Source: Clostridioides sp. (GTDB lineage Bacteria > Bacillota > Clostridia > Peptostreptococcales > Peptostreptococcaceae). Taken from it: a DNA stretch of 32,679 nt. Under the pieces are notes generated by a model, which was not told the origin of the DNA, did not search any database, and saw only the letters and a program-made list of their open reading frames with translations. Positions 8,160 through 17,774 of the stretch are shown piece by piece (within the stretch, counting starts at the first letter, position 1; every line of letters starts with the position of its first letter). The translations under genes were made by a program, and so were the position numbers. The stretch is from NCBI GenBank assembly GCA_031272305.1, contig JAISUA010000064.1, positions 1 through 32,679 of the forward strand, in the 5' to 3' direction.

Positions 8160-11100
8160 ATGAAGGATGCACAAAATAAAAAAGAAGAGAAGAAATATAA
8201 AAGTAAGGATGTACAAAATAAAAAAGAAGAGAAGAAATATAAAAGTAAAGATACACAAAATAAAAAAGAAGTCAAAAAATATAAAAGTAAAGATACACAA
8301 AATAAAAAAGAAGTCAAAAAATATAAAAGTAAAGATACACAAAATAAAAAAGAAGTCAAAAAATATAAAAGTAAAGATGTAAAAAATAAAAAAGAAGTAA
8401 AAAAAGATACAAGCAATTTTGAGAAAGAAAAATTAAACCTAGAAAATTATGAAAATGAAATTCTAAATAGTGATTTAATTGAAAAATCAAAAGGAATGAA
8501 TACTGTAGAACTTTTAGCACCTGTTGGTTCATTTAATGCACTTAAGGCTGCAGTTCAAAATGGTGCTAATGCAGTATATTTAGGTGGAAAATCTTTTAGT
8601 GCGAGAGCTTCTGCAAACAATCTTGACGACGACGAAATAATCGAAGCAGTGAAATATTGTCATATAAGAGGAGTCAAAGTTTTTATAACAGTGAACACTC
8701 TAATAAAAGAAAATGAATTGGAAAATTTAATTGAATACATAAAATTTTTGTATAATTCACATGTGGATGCTTTGATTATCCAAGATATAGGTGTTGCAAA
8801 AATAGTGAGAGATATTTTTCCGGACTTCGAAATACACGCAAGCACTCAAATGGTTGCACACAGTTTGGAAGATGTAAAATTTTTCGAAGAATTTGGTTTT
8901 AAGAGAGTAGTACTTGCAAGAGAGCTTACGATTCAAGAAATAAAATATATTTGTGAAAATACAAGTGTAGACATAGAAGTATTTGTACATGGAGCACTTT
9001 GTGTTTGCTATTCAGGTGCATGCCTTATGAGTAGTATGCTTGGCAATCGTTCTGGAAATCGTGGAAGATGTGCACAACCTTGCAGACAAAAGTACAAACT
9101 AATCGATCTTCAAACAGGAAAGATTATGAACGAAAAAAATGATTATCTTTTGAGTACTAGAGATTTGAATACAATTGAAAATATAGGTGAAATAATATGT
9201 GCAGGAGTTTCTTCGCTTAAAATTGAAGGGAGAATGAAAAGACCTGAATATGTAGCCACTGTTGTAAATGCTTATAGGAAAGAAATTGATTCATATATAA
9301 ATTTTATTGAAGATAGAGTCAAAAAAGTTGATTCAGAGAAAAATTCTATTGAAGATAGAAATAAAAAAGTTGGTTCAGATAAAAATTCTATTGGAGATAG
9401 ATTTAAAAGAGTTGACGATAGAACTATGGAAAATTTATATACTATTTTCAATAGAAAGTTCACAAAAGGTTATTTGCTTGGTGAGGTAGGAAAAGAAATT
9501 ATGAATCCTGAAAAACCAAATAATCAAGGTCTATTCATAGGAAGTGTTTTGGATTTCAATAAAAAAACAAAAAGATTGAAATTGAAACTTGAAGCTAGTT
9601 TAAAAAAAGGCGATGGAATCAATCTTGGAGGAGGAACTATTGGAAGAATTATCAAAGGGAAAAATATTTCTGATAGAGCTGAAAAAGGAGAAATAGTTGA
9701 AATTGATTTTGTGGGTGAAGCGAAAAAAGGTCAGAAAGTATTCAAAACATCAGATAGTGATTTGATGGAAAAAGTACAGAAAACTTTTGGAGAAAATTAT
9801 GAATCAATAAAAATACCTGTTTTTGCGAAAGTTATAATAAAAATCGGACAAAAACCTGTTTTGGAATTTTCGGATGAGAAATCAGAACAGCACGCAAATG
9901 AACAAGAAAAATATAAGTTAAAAGCAAATAAAAACTCAAAAGCAGATGAAAAATTTAAGAAACAAGTGAATAAAAAATCAGAAGAAAAAATATATGAAAA
10001 AACATATGAAAAAATATTTGTTGAAGGTGATTTTGTAGTTGAAAAGGCACTTAAGGTTGCTTTGACAAAAGAAAAAGTCATAGATCAAATATCTAAATTG
10101 GGAAATACTCCATATTTCATTAAAAATATTGAAGTTTTGCTTGACGATGGTGTGAGTCTTCCAATTAGCGTGTTGAATCAAATGAGAAGAGATGCTGTAG
10201 AGCTTTTAGATAAAAAAAGAACTAAAATCAAAGACAGAAAAGAAATCATACAAAAGAATTTGTACAAAAAATATCAAGAAACTTTGTATAGAGAATGTTT
10301 TGAGAAAAAACTGGAATTGCAAGAAGCTGCACAGAATAAAATGCTAGAACAAGAAGAGAATACACAAGTTCAAAATATGGACAAAGAGAATAAACAGGAA
10401 AAAGAAGAAAATATAAAAAATCAATATATCGATGAAAAAAACAAAAAGAAAGAACAACATAAATTGAAGTTCAGGGTAAAAGTTAGAAATCTTGATCAAC
10501 TTCAAGCTGTACTTGGAAGAAATTTGGATGTTATATATTATGAAGATATAAGCACTTTGGAAGAAGCTTTATCTAAGGCAAGAAAGACAGACGACAAGAT
10601 AGTATTTTGTCCAAGTAGAATCATAAGAGATAACGACAAATCTATTGAAACAGATATATTTGACATTCCTGAGAATATAGGTGTTCTTATTAGAAATTGG
10701 GCTGAGTTTAATTATTATAAAAATCACGAAAAATATGTTGATTACACACTCAACACATTCAATTCACAGTCATTTGAATTTTTCTCAGAAAAAGGAGTAA
10801 ATTCTGTGTGTATGTCGTTAGAACTTAGTTTTCAAGAAATAAAAGATATAATAAATAACACTAATTTAGCTGAAATACAAGAACTTCAAAAAGAGAACCT
10901 TATAAGAAAAGAAGCAGAAAATATTATAAAATCAGAAGTAGAAGTTTTGATTTACGGTTTTGTGCCTATGATGACGACTGAATATTGTCCAATGGGAGTG
11001 ACAATCAGAGATTGCAAGAAGGACAAGCGTTGTAACATATGTTCAAAATCAAATTATGCACTTGAAGATCAAAATAGCAAACAAAGATATAGAATAATAC

Positions 11101-11456
11101 AAGACAAAGATTGTAGAAGTCAAATTTATACTGCTAATCCAATTTGCATTTTAGATGAAGTAGAGAGATTGGTTGGATATGGAGTGGAAAATTTCAGACT
11201 TGATTTTGTATTTGAAAATCAAAATGAAATAAAAAATATTTTGGAAGAAATACAAAGCATAAGCGAAGTAACAATAGATTCTAATCATATAACAAAAGAT
11301 AAAAATATTTCAAGTGAAATAGATAAAGAGAAAAACATGATAAGCAAAAGAAAAATAAATTCTGATAATACGATAAAAGAAAACAGTCAAAAAAAGTATA
11401 TTTTTTCAAAAAATTATGATATAATGGTTGGAAATTATTATAATGGTGTAGAATAA
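8160..11456 (+). CDS. U32 family Fe-S protein, long RlhA-like/DUF3656 architecture (likely RNA hydroxylation), with several low-complexity insertions
   Basis: ELLAPVGS, GANAVYLGG, HASTQM, HGALCVCYSGACLMSS...RGRCAQPCR, SLKIEGRMK, KLGNTPY. AGAAGGT precedes ATG 8160; the ORF is open from 8079. Confidence 0.85.
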   Translation: MKDAQNKKEEKKYKSKDVQNKKEEKKYKSKDTQNKKEVKKYKSKDTQNKKEVKKYKSKDTQNKKEVKKYKSKDVKNKKEVKKDTSNFEKEKLNLENYENEILNSDLIEKSKGMNTVELLAPVGSFNALKAAVQNGANAVYLGGKSFSARASANNLDDDEIIEAVKYCHIRGVKVFITVNTLIKENELENLIEYIKFLYNSHVDALIIQDIGVAKIVRDIFPDFEIHASTQMVAHSLEDVKFFEEFGFKRVVLARELTIQEIKYICENTSVDIEVFVHGALCVCYSGACLMSSMLGNRSGNRGRCAQPCRQKYKLIDLQTGKIMNEKNDYLLSTRDLNTIENIGEIICAGVSSLKIEGRMKRPEYVATVVNAYRKEIDSYINFIEDRVKKVDSEKNSIEDRNKKVGSDKNSIGDRFKRVDDRTMENLYTIFNRKFTKGYLLGEVGKEIMNPEKPNNQGLFIGSVLDFNKKTKRLKLKLEASLKKGDGINLGGGTIGRIIKGKNISDRAEKGEIVEIDFVGEAKKGQKVFKTSDSDLMEKVQKTFGENYESIKIPVFAKVIIKIGQKPVLEFSDEKSEQHANEQEKYKLKANKNSKADEKFKKQVNKKSEEKIYEKTYEKIFVEGDFVVEKALKVALTKEKVIDQISKLGNTPYFIKNIEVLLDDGVSLPISVLNQMRRDAVELLDKKRTKIKDRKEIIQKNLYKKYQETLYRECFEKKLELQEAAQNKMLEQEENTQVQNMDKENKQEKEENIKNQYIDEKNKKKEQHKLKFRVKVRNLDQLQAVLGRNLDVIYYEDISTLEEALSKARKTDDKIVFCPSRIIRDNDKSIETDIFDIPENIGVLIRNWAEFNYYKNHEKYVDYTLNTFNSQSFEFFSEKGVNSVCMSLELSFQEIKDIINNTNLAEIQELQKENLIRKEAENIIKSEVEVLIYGFVPMMTTEYCPMGVTIRDCKKDKRCNICSKSNYALEDQNSKQRYRIIQDKDCRSQIYTANPICILDEVERLVGYGVENFRLDFVFENQNEIKNILEEIQSISEVTIDSNHITKDKNISSEIDKEKNMISKRKINSDNTIKENSQKKYIFSKNYDIMVGNYYNGVE
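8163..8414 (+). repeat. 42-bp (14-aa) Lys-rich tandem repeat x6 at the U32 N-terminus
   Basis: KD(A/V/T)QNKKE(E/V)KKYKS x5 plus degenerate KDVKNKKEVKKDTS. Confidence 0.95.
9306..9422 (+). repeat. 42-bp (14-aa) internal repeat x~3 in the U32 gene
   Basis: IEDRVKKVDSEKNS / IEDRNKKVGSDKNS / IGDRFKRVDDR; units start at 9306, 9348 and 9390. Confidence 0.9.
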
Positions 11457-11480
11457 AAATATGAACAGACGGTGATGATT

Positions 11481-13076
11481 ATGGGCAAAACAGTTAGAGA
11501 TATTTTAACTTTATCGATATTTAAAGATGCAAAGATTGAAGCAGGTAAAAGAGGGTTAGATAATGTAATTACCAATGTGACAGTTTTAGAATCAAGCGAT
11601 CCAGAAAATTTTGCATATGAAATATTAGAATCAACTGTTGAAGAAGGAGAACTTGTTCTTAGTGCATTTCTTGAAATCAAAGATGATGTAGAAAAACAAT
11701 GTAAGCTGATTGAGTTTTTACACAGGTCAAAATCAGGTGCAATTGTTTTATTTTACATAGGATTTGTTGTAAAAAAGATAAGTTTTCAAGTAATAAATCT
11801 ATGTAATGAACTTGAGATTCCGCTTATAAGTTTTAACTCTCAAAATCTGAATATAAAATATTCAGAAGTGATTAGTCAGGTTATGGAATATATATTTTTG
11901 AGTGATTTAAGAAATGAAAATTTTATAAATTCAATTATGAAAGAAATATCTTCAATTGACAAAAAAAATGATTTTCAATCCGTTTTGAATATTTTATCTA
12001 AAAAAACCAATTTAACATTTATGTTCGTTTCTAATCTTAATAAAATTATTATTACATCAAAAAAGTCAAATTTGGATTTGATAGATTTTATTGAAGAAAA
12101 TATGAAAACCATAATTAGTAAATTTCATATGGGAAAAAGTGAATTGAGTATAAAGAACGATTCTTTCGATGCTCAATTAATAATTAAAGAAATCTATATA
12201 TATAAAAACAGTTACAAATTGATTATAATAAACGAACAGAAAAACTTTGTTGTACCAAAATTATTGATAGACTCCCTGTATAAAATAATAAGTATAGCTA
12301 CAAACATTTATAATTATGAAAATTTTAGAGAAACTCAATTTGAATTTATAGATTCTCTGATAAAAAATAATGAAGCAGAAATTAAATTACTCTCTAAGGA
12401 ATTAAAAATAAAAATTGAAGATTTAATTTTAGTGATAATTTTGGATGAAAAAAATCCAATAAAATTAGATGAAATTAGATTTGAAATAGATAAGATAAAT
12501 GTTGATAGCTCTTTTAAAAAAGTAGAAGGTCTATACAATGATAAATATTTGTTTTTGATTTTTAAAACAAACAACAAGAATGGAATAAAAGAAATTGTAT
12601 TACATGAAATTGAAAATATCCTTAAAAATTATGGAAAATATTTTTTATTGAAAGATATACACAATAAAAATGATTTAGTTAGAATTATAAATATCTCAAT
12701 AGATGAATTTGAGAACTTCAAATTAGCATTTGTAAATGAAGGTGTATTTACAAAATATCATGCAGAGTTGATGTGTATTTGTAAGAAAATAATGTGCGAA
12801 GATAAATCTAATTATGATTGTTATATGAGATCACTAGAGGTTATCAAAGATTATGATAAAAAGAATAACAGTCAACTTTTAGATACATTTGCTACATTAT
12901 TAATAGAAGCTAATTTTGATTTAAAGGAAACAGGTTTGATTTTATATCTTCATCAAAATACAGTAAAGTATAGAATAAAAAAGATAAATGAATTGATAAA
13001 TGATAACATTGATAATAACATAGTGCAAAATTATTATTTGATTGCACTCATTATGAACAGAATATCTGAAAAATAA
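11481..13076 (+). CDS. PucR family transcriptional regulator
   Basis: N-terminal PucR-like domain (TVRDILTL...AGKRGLDNVITNVTVLE...ELVLS) and C-terminal HTH (LYLHQNTVKYRIKKINE). GGTGA SD fits ATG 11481; the ORF is open from 11472. Confidence 0.9.
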   Translation: MGKTVRDILTLSIFKDAKIEAGKRGLDNVITNVTVLESSDPENFAYEILESTVEEGELVLSAFLEIKDDVEKQCKLIEFLHRSKSGAIVLFYIGFVVKKISFQVINLCNELEIPLISFNSQNLNIKYSEVISQVMEYIFLSDLRNENFINSIMKEISSIDKKNDFQSVLNILSKKTNLTFMFVSNLNKIIITSKKSNLDLIDFIEENMKTIISKFHMGKSELSIKNDSFDAQLIIKEIYIYKNSYKLIIINEQKNFVVPKLLIDSLYKIISIATNIYNYENFRETQFEFIDSLIKNNEAEIKLLSKELKIKIEDLILVIILDEKNPIKLDEIRFEIDKINVDSSFKKVEGLYNDKYLFLIFKTNNKNGIKEIVLHEIENILKNYGKYFLLKDIHNKNDLVRIINISIDEFENFKLAFVNEGVFTKYHAELMCICKKIMCEDKSNYDCYMRSLEVIKDYDKKNNSQLLDTFATLLIEANFDLKETGLILYLHQNTVKYRIKKINELINDNIDNNIVQNYYLIALIMNRISEK

Positions 13077-13102
13077 TTAAAAAGTCTATATTGATAAATA
13101 AA

Positions 13103-13193
13103 GTTGATAAATATTGTTTGCAAGATTCGTTTAAGGCTGAAGCGTATGCTAAGCGTGAAAGTAGTGAATGAATCTGACAATAATTTTATTAAC
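13103..13193 (+). ncRNA. Putative structured ncRNA or dispersed element, copy A, followed by a T7 tract
   Basis: GTTGATAAA/TTTATTAAC, TATTGT/ACAATA, and AGATTCGTTTA/TGAATGAATCT with G-U pairs. Homologous to 3522-3610 (-). Confidence 0.6.
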
Positions 13194-13258
13194 TTTTTTT
13201 ATTGAACTTACATATAATTGTTTAATGTTTTCAGAATTATTTACCAAAAACTTCTCTA

Positions 13259-13274
13259 TTGTAAATTATGACAA
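13259..13274. promoter_or_regulatory. Candidate PucR-family operator
   Basis: TTGT-N8-ACAA inverted repeat about 100 bp upstream of the DUF917 gene. TTGT...ACAA palindromes are known for some PucR-family activators such as B. subtilis PutR; short and in AT-rich DNA. Confidence 0.3.
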
Positions 13275-13370
13275 AGCAAATTATATATTTTTGTTTTATA
13301 TGAACTTAACTATTATTGTAAATAAATATATAATTCTTTTAAGAAATAATTTATATAGGAGGAATTTAAG

Positions 13371-14474
13371 ATGAGAGTATTAAATGAAAAACAAATTATT
13401 GACGTATTAAATGGAGCAACGATATTAGGTGGAGGCGGTGGAGGTTCTATATCTGCAGGTATAGATATGCTTAACACATACAAAGCAAAATATGGTTCTC
13501 CAGAACTAACACTTATAACTCCAAATGAAATGGAAGAAGGTAAATATTGTGCTATAACAGCAGGAATGGGTTCTCCATTATCAATAAAAGGAATTGATTT
13601 TAGTAAGTTCGCCATAAATGCTTACAACTATCTAAAAGAGGTTGCAAGTGAAATGGAAGAACCAAAAGAAATTTCATATTGTGCTGGAGTTGAATTAGGT
13701 GGATTTAATACATTTATTCCAATGCTTTTATCAATGATGGAAAATAAGCCGTTTATTGATGCAGATGGTGCAGGAAGAGCTGTTCCAGCATTAGAAACTT
13801 TATTGCTACATGTTAATGGATGCAATACATCTCCTTGTGTTATGGCGAATGATAAGAATGATAGAGTTTTGATACAAACAACAGATCCTAAAAACGCTAA
13901 ACTTTGTGAAGATATAGGTAGAGGCGTATGTGTAGCAATGGGAATGAAAGCAGGTCTATCTGGTTGGATATTGGATAAAAGTGAAGTAGAAAATAAAATA
14001 GCAACTATGACAATCACAAAAACTGAAGAAATAGGAAAGATGTTGCAAGAAATAGGACCAACAGATACTTCATTGTTTGATAAACTTGATAATGCAAGAA
14101 CTCTTTGTGTAGGTACAATAACAGATATAAAAGCAGAAGTAAAAGGTGGATTTGATTATGGAGAAACTACAATAGTTGATGATAAAACAGGCGAAGAATA
14201 TTTGATAAAATTTGTAAATGAAAATTTAGTAACTTATAAAAAGGAAAATGGAGAATTTAGTCCAATAGTTACTGTTCCAGAAATAACTACTATATATGAA
14301 CAAGTGAGTGCAAAACCTCTTACAAACGCTGATACTTTTGTAGGACAAAAAGTTGTTGTTGGAATTATCAAGGCAAGTGATGAGTGGTGGTTCACATCAG
14401 AAGAAAATGTATACAGCTACTGGAAGACATATTTAGATGTGTGTGAATATAAAGGAAAATTAATTCATTTTTAA
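13371..14474 (+). CDS. DUF917 family protein (S-methyl-thiohydantoin desulfurase-like)
   Basis: GATILGGGGGGS, MGSP, ELGGFN, IDADGAGRAVPAL, GGFDYG and FVNENL motifs typical of DUF917; AGGAGG RBS. Confidence 0.85.
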   Translation: MRVLNEKQIIDVLNGATILGGGGGGSISAGIDMLNTYKAKYGSPELTLITPNEMEEGKYCAITAGMGSPLSIKGIDFSKFAINAYNYLKEVASEMEEPKEISYCAGVELGGFNTFIPMLLSMMENKPFIDADGAGRAVPALETLLLHVNGCNTSPCVMANDKNDRVLIQTTDPKNAKLCEDIGRGVCVAMGMKAGLSGWILDKSEVENKIATMTITKTEEIGKMLQEIGPTDTSLFDKLDNARTLCVGTITDIKAEVKGGFDYGETTIVDDKTGEEYLIKFVNENLVTYKKENGEFSPIVTVPEITTIYEQVSAKPLTNADTFVGQKVVVGIIKASDEWWFTSEENVYSYWKTYLDVCEYKGKLIHF

Positions 14475-14581
14475 TATGTAAGAAATAATTTTAATAGAAT
14501 GCAGAAACTTAATATATAATAATTAGTTTAAATAGAATATAGACACTTAATAGATATCTTTGAATCTATATGTAGAAATAG

Positions 14582-14626
14582 AAGTAGGGGCTCGTTTTGA
14601 AAATTTATTATTTGAGTACCCTACTT
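14582..14626. other. Intergenic stem-loop (terminator, processing or stabilising hairpin)
   Basis: AAGTAGGG-GCTC...GAGT-A-CCCTACTT just upstream of the permease RBS. Confidence 0.5.
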
Positions 14627-14654
14627 AATTTTATATAATATTGGAGGGATTGAC

Positions 14655-15914
14655 ATGAAAGAACAAGTTATAAAAAAAGTAAGCGAAGATGAAAAACAGA
14701 GTTGGCAATCAATAGCATTTATTTGGATAGGAACGATGATATGTATTCCTATGCTAATGGTTGGAGCAATGCTCACAACAGGACTCAATCTATCAAATAT
14801 ATTGACTGTTGCATTCATAGGATTTTTGATTTGTTCTGTGATAATGTGTTTTGGAGGAATGCAAGCAACTGATCTTGGATATCCAGCGACAATGTGTGCC
14901 TCGAAAGCCTTCGGAGATTCTGGTTCGAGAGTAGTCGTATCTCTTATTGTAGCTATTGCACAAGCAGGTTGGTTTGCAGTACAGACAGCTACTTGTGGTT
15001 CAGCTTTTTCTCAATTATTGTTGACATGTTTCAATTTTAATATGCCTTTATGGATAAGTTCTTTTATTTGGGGGATTGTAATGTTAATTACGGCTGTTTA
15101 CGGTTTTAAATTTATGAAAATATTAAATTATATAGCTGTACCAGCACTTATAGCACTTTGTATATTTGGAGTTTTTATGTCGATGAAAAATTTCCAAGGT
15201 TCGGTGTTTGCATATACTCCTTCAGAAAATTCTTCTATGGCAGTTGGAATATCAACTATGATTGGATTGTTTGCAATGGGTACAGTAATAAATGGAGATT
15301 ATACTAGATATGCAAAATCAAGAAGAGATACAGTCAAAGCTTCGATCCTAGGAGTATTGCCAGCAGCAGTACTTATGATAGGTGTTGGAGCTATTATGAG
15401 TATAGCTACAGGAGGAGAAAGTGACATCACGAAATTGTTTGCAAGTTTAGGATTTCCTATATTAAGCATGTTAGTTTTGATTTTGGCAACTTGGACTACA
15501 AATACAGGAAATGCATATAATTCTGGATTAGCTGTTCTTAGATTATTCAATATAAGTGAAGAAAAAAGATCAATAATTACTCTTATAGTTGGATTAATAG
15601 GAACAATTATGGCTATGTTTGGATTTGCAAATTTTTTATCGCCATTTTTGAATGTACTTGGAGTATGTGTTCCTCCAATAGCAGGTGTGTTAATTGCTGA
15701 TTACTGGATTATAGGAAAAGGAGATAAAGATAATTGGAAAATAGTTAGAGGATTCAATTATGCTGGAATCATATCTTGGATAATAGCATCAGTATTTTCA
15801 TATTTCGTAACTATATTTAGCAAATCCTTAGATAGTATACTAATATCAATGATTTTGTATCTAATATTAGCAAAAGTAATAAAAACAAAAGAAGAAATAA
15901 AATATGAAGGATAA
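14655..15914 (+). CDS. NCS1 family nucleobase/hydantoin permease (CodB cytosine permease-like)
   Basis: About 12 hydrophobic segments; motifs AFGDSGS, GWFAVQT, DYTRYAK, ATWTTNTGNAY and PPIAGVLIADY. Confidence 0.9.
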   Translation: MKEQVIKKVSEDEKQSWQSIAFIWIGTMICIPMLMVGAMLTTGLNLSNILTVAFIGFLICSVIMCFGGMQATDLGYPATMCASKAFGDSGSRVVVSLIVAIAQAGWFAVQTATCGSAFSQLLLTCFNFNMPLWISSFIWGIVMLITAVYGFKFMKILNYIAVPALIALCIFGVFMSMKNFQGSVFAYTPSENSSMAVGISTMIGLFAMGTVINGDYTRYAKSRRDTVKASILGVLPAAVLMIGVGAIMSIATGGESDITKLFASLGFPILSMLVLILATWTTNTGNAYNSGLAVLRLFNISEEKRSIITLIVGLIGTIMAMFGFANFLSPFLNVLGVCVPPIAGVLIADYWIIGKGDKDNWKIVRGFNYAGIISWIIASVFSYFVTIFSKSLDSILISMILYLILAKVIKTKEEIKYEG

Positions 15915-15995
15915 GGCTTATTATAAATTGAAATAAAATATGAAGGATAATACTTATCATAAATTGAAATAAAAACTAAGGAGCAATTATCATAA
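15894..15995 (+). repeat. 36-bp tandem repeat x~2.8 duplicating the permease 3' end and stop codon
   Basis: GAAATAAAATATGAAGGATAA..CTTAT.ATAAATT at 15894 and 15930; degenerate third copy at 15966. Confidence 0.9.
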
Positions 15996-16024
15996 TAAAA
16001 TTCAAAAAAAAATAGGAGGATACT

Positions 16025-17479
16025 ATGAGTGAATTTAAACTACAAAATTTAAAACCAGAAAATTTATTTAAAAACTTCGAATTATTAACAAGAATTCCGA
16101 GAGAATCTGGAAATGAAAAAGAAGTCAGTGATTTTTTAGTGGATTTCGGGAAAAAATTAAATCTTGAAACATATCAAGATGAAGTGAACAATGTCTATAT
16201 CATAAAAGAAGCGACTAAAGGTTATGAAAATAGAAATGGAATCGTAATTCAAGGTCATATGGATATTGTTGCAGAAAAAGAAAAAGAATTGGATTTTAAT
16301 TTCAAAACAGATTCAATTAATTTACAAATAAAGGATGATATGATCTATGCTACTGGAACTACTCTAGGTGCAGATAATGGTATTGCAATTGCAATGGCTA
16401 TGACAATACTTGAAGATGATACTATCAAGCATCCTAGAATAGAGTTGCTTGCAACAGTAGATGAAGAAGTAGGTATGTTAGGTGCAGATAAAATAAAACC
16501 AGAGCATATAAAAGGAAAATATATGATCAATATTGACTCTGAAGAAGAAGGTGTAATCACAGTAAGTTGTGCAGGTGGAAAAAATGTTATAGTTGACTTG
16601 CCAATAAACTATGAAAAAGTAAGTAAAAATAAAATTGCTTTTAAAGTTTCAATAGAAGGTTTACAAGGTGGACATTCAGGAGCAGAAATACATTTACAAA
16701 GAGCAAATGCAAATAAATTATTAGGAAGACTTTTGAATTCTATTCAAGTTGAATATGACATAGTGAGCATAAATGGTGGCTCAAAGTCAAATGCAATTCC
16801 TAGAGATGCTCAAGCACTTATCTTGGTAGAAGACAAGGATGTAGAAAAATTAATTTCTGATATAAAAGATTTAGAGAAAATATACAAAAATGAATTTTCA
16901 TCTGTAGATTCTGAACTTCAAATAAATATTAAAGAAATAGAGAATAGAAGTACACAAGTATTATCTAAAGATAGCAAAGGAAAAGTAATTGAATTTATCC
17001 TTATATCACCTCACGGTGTACAAACATTTAGCAATGAAATAGAGGACCTTGTTGAAAGCTCACTAAACTTTGCAATTATTGAACAACATGAAGATAAAAT
17101 CACTTTCTTGAGTTCAGCAAGAAGTTCTGTGATATCTCTTAGAGAAGAAATTTGTGACAGAATCGTAGCTATGTCAAAAGTATTTGGAGGAAGTGCAAAA
17201 ATAGACGGTGTGTATCCAGCGTGGGAATATGCTAAAGATTCAAATTTAGAAAAAACAGCAGTTGAGGTGTGGAAAGAAATTTCAGGTGTTGAACCTAAAG
17301 TAACAGCTATACATGCAGGACTTGAATGTGGAATGTTGCTTGAGAAACTTCCTGGATTTGAAGCGATATCTATAGGACCAGATATAATGGATGTTCATAC
17401 ACCAAATGAACATATTAGTATATCATCAACAGTGAAAGTTTGGAATTATCTCCTTGAACTAATCCAAAGATTAGATTAA
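16025..17479 (+). CDS. pepD: Aminoacyl-histidine dipeptidase, M20C family
   Basis: QGHMDIV, GTTLGADNGI, DEEVGMLGA, NIDSEE, GGHSGAEIH, IHAGLECG and HTPNE motifs. Confidence 0.92.
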   Translation: MSEFKLQNLKPENLFKNFELLTRIPRESGNEKEVSDFLVDFGKKLNLETYQDEVNNVYIIKEATKGYENRNGIVIQGHMDIVAEKEKELDFNFKTDSINLQIKDDMIYATGTTLGADNGIAIAMAMTILEDDTIKHPRIELLATVDEEVGMLGADKIKPEHIKGKYMINIDSEEEGVITVSCAGGKNVIVDLPINYEKVSKNKIAFKVSIEGLQGGHSGAEIHLQRANANKLLGRLLNSIQVEYDIVSINGGSKSNAIPRDAQALILVEDKDVEKLISDIKDLEKIYKNEFSSVDSELQINIKEIENRSTQVLSKDSKGKVIEFILISPHGVQTFSNEIEDLVESSLNFAIIEQHEDKITFLSSARSSVISLREEICDRIVAMSKVFGGSAKIDGVYPAWEYAKDSNLEKTAVEVWKEISGVEPKVTAIHAGLECGMLLEKLPGFEAISIGPDIMDVHTPNEHISISSTVKVWNYLLELIQRLD

Positions 17480-17503
17480 AGAAGTAAATAAAATTATCCC
17501 CAA

Positions 17504-17535
17504 AAAAGAAGCGTGTCTGTCTACACGCTTCTTTT
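17504..17535. terminator. Intrinsic terminator after pepD
   Basis: AAAAGAAGCGTGT-ctgtct-ACACGCTTCTTTT perfect stem. Confidence 0.85.
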
Positions 17536-17774
17536 AATGCTAGAAAATAAATTTTAAATTAATGTATTTATATAAATAATGAAAAATATTAAAAATATTA
17601 AAAATTAGAATCTATTTATTGCATTGCTTGTAATAAAATGAGGTATAATTATAAGTATGTTATAAGAATAAAATTTTTATTTTAAAATGTAAATTTTACT
17701 TAAGATAAGTATGAAAGTTTGATAACGAAAATATATATTTTCGATCTTGCTTTTCATAGAAGGGAGATAAAAAA

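Noticed and set aside
8129-8416. Hydrophobic repeat ORFs antisense to or overlapping the U32 N-terminus
   Set aside because: Shadow frames of the A-rich 42-bp repeat
13103-13193. Integron attC site
   Set aside because: The ends are GTT...AAC, the reverse of the RYYYAAC...GTTRRRY order, and there is no integrase or cassette array
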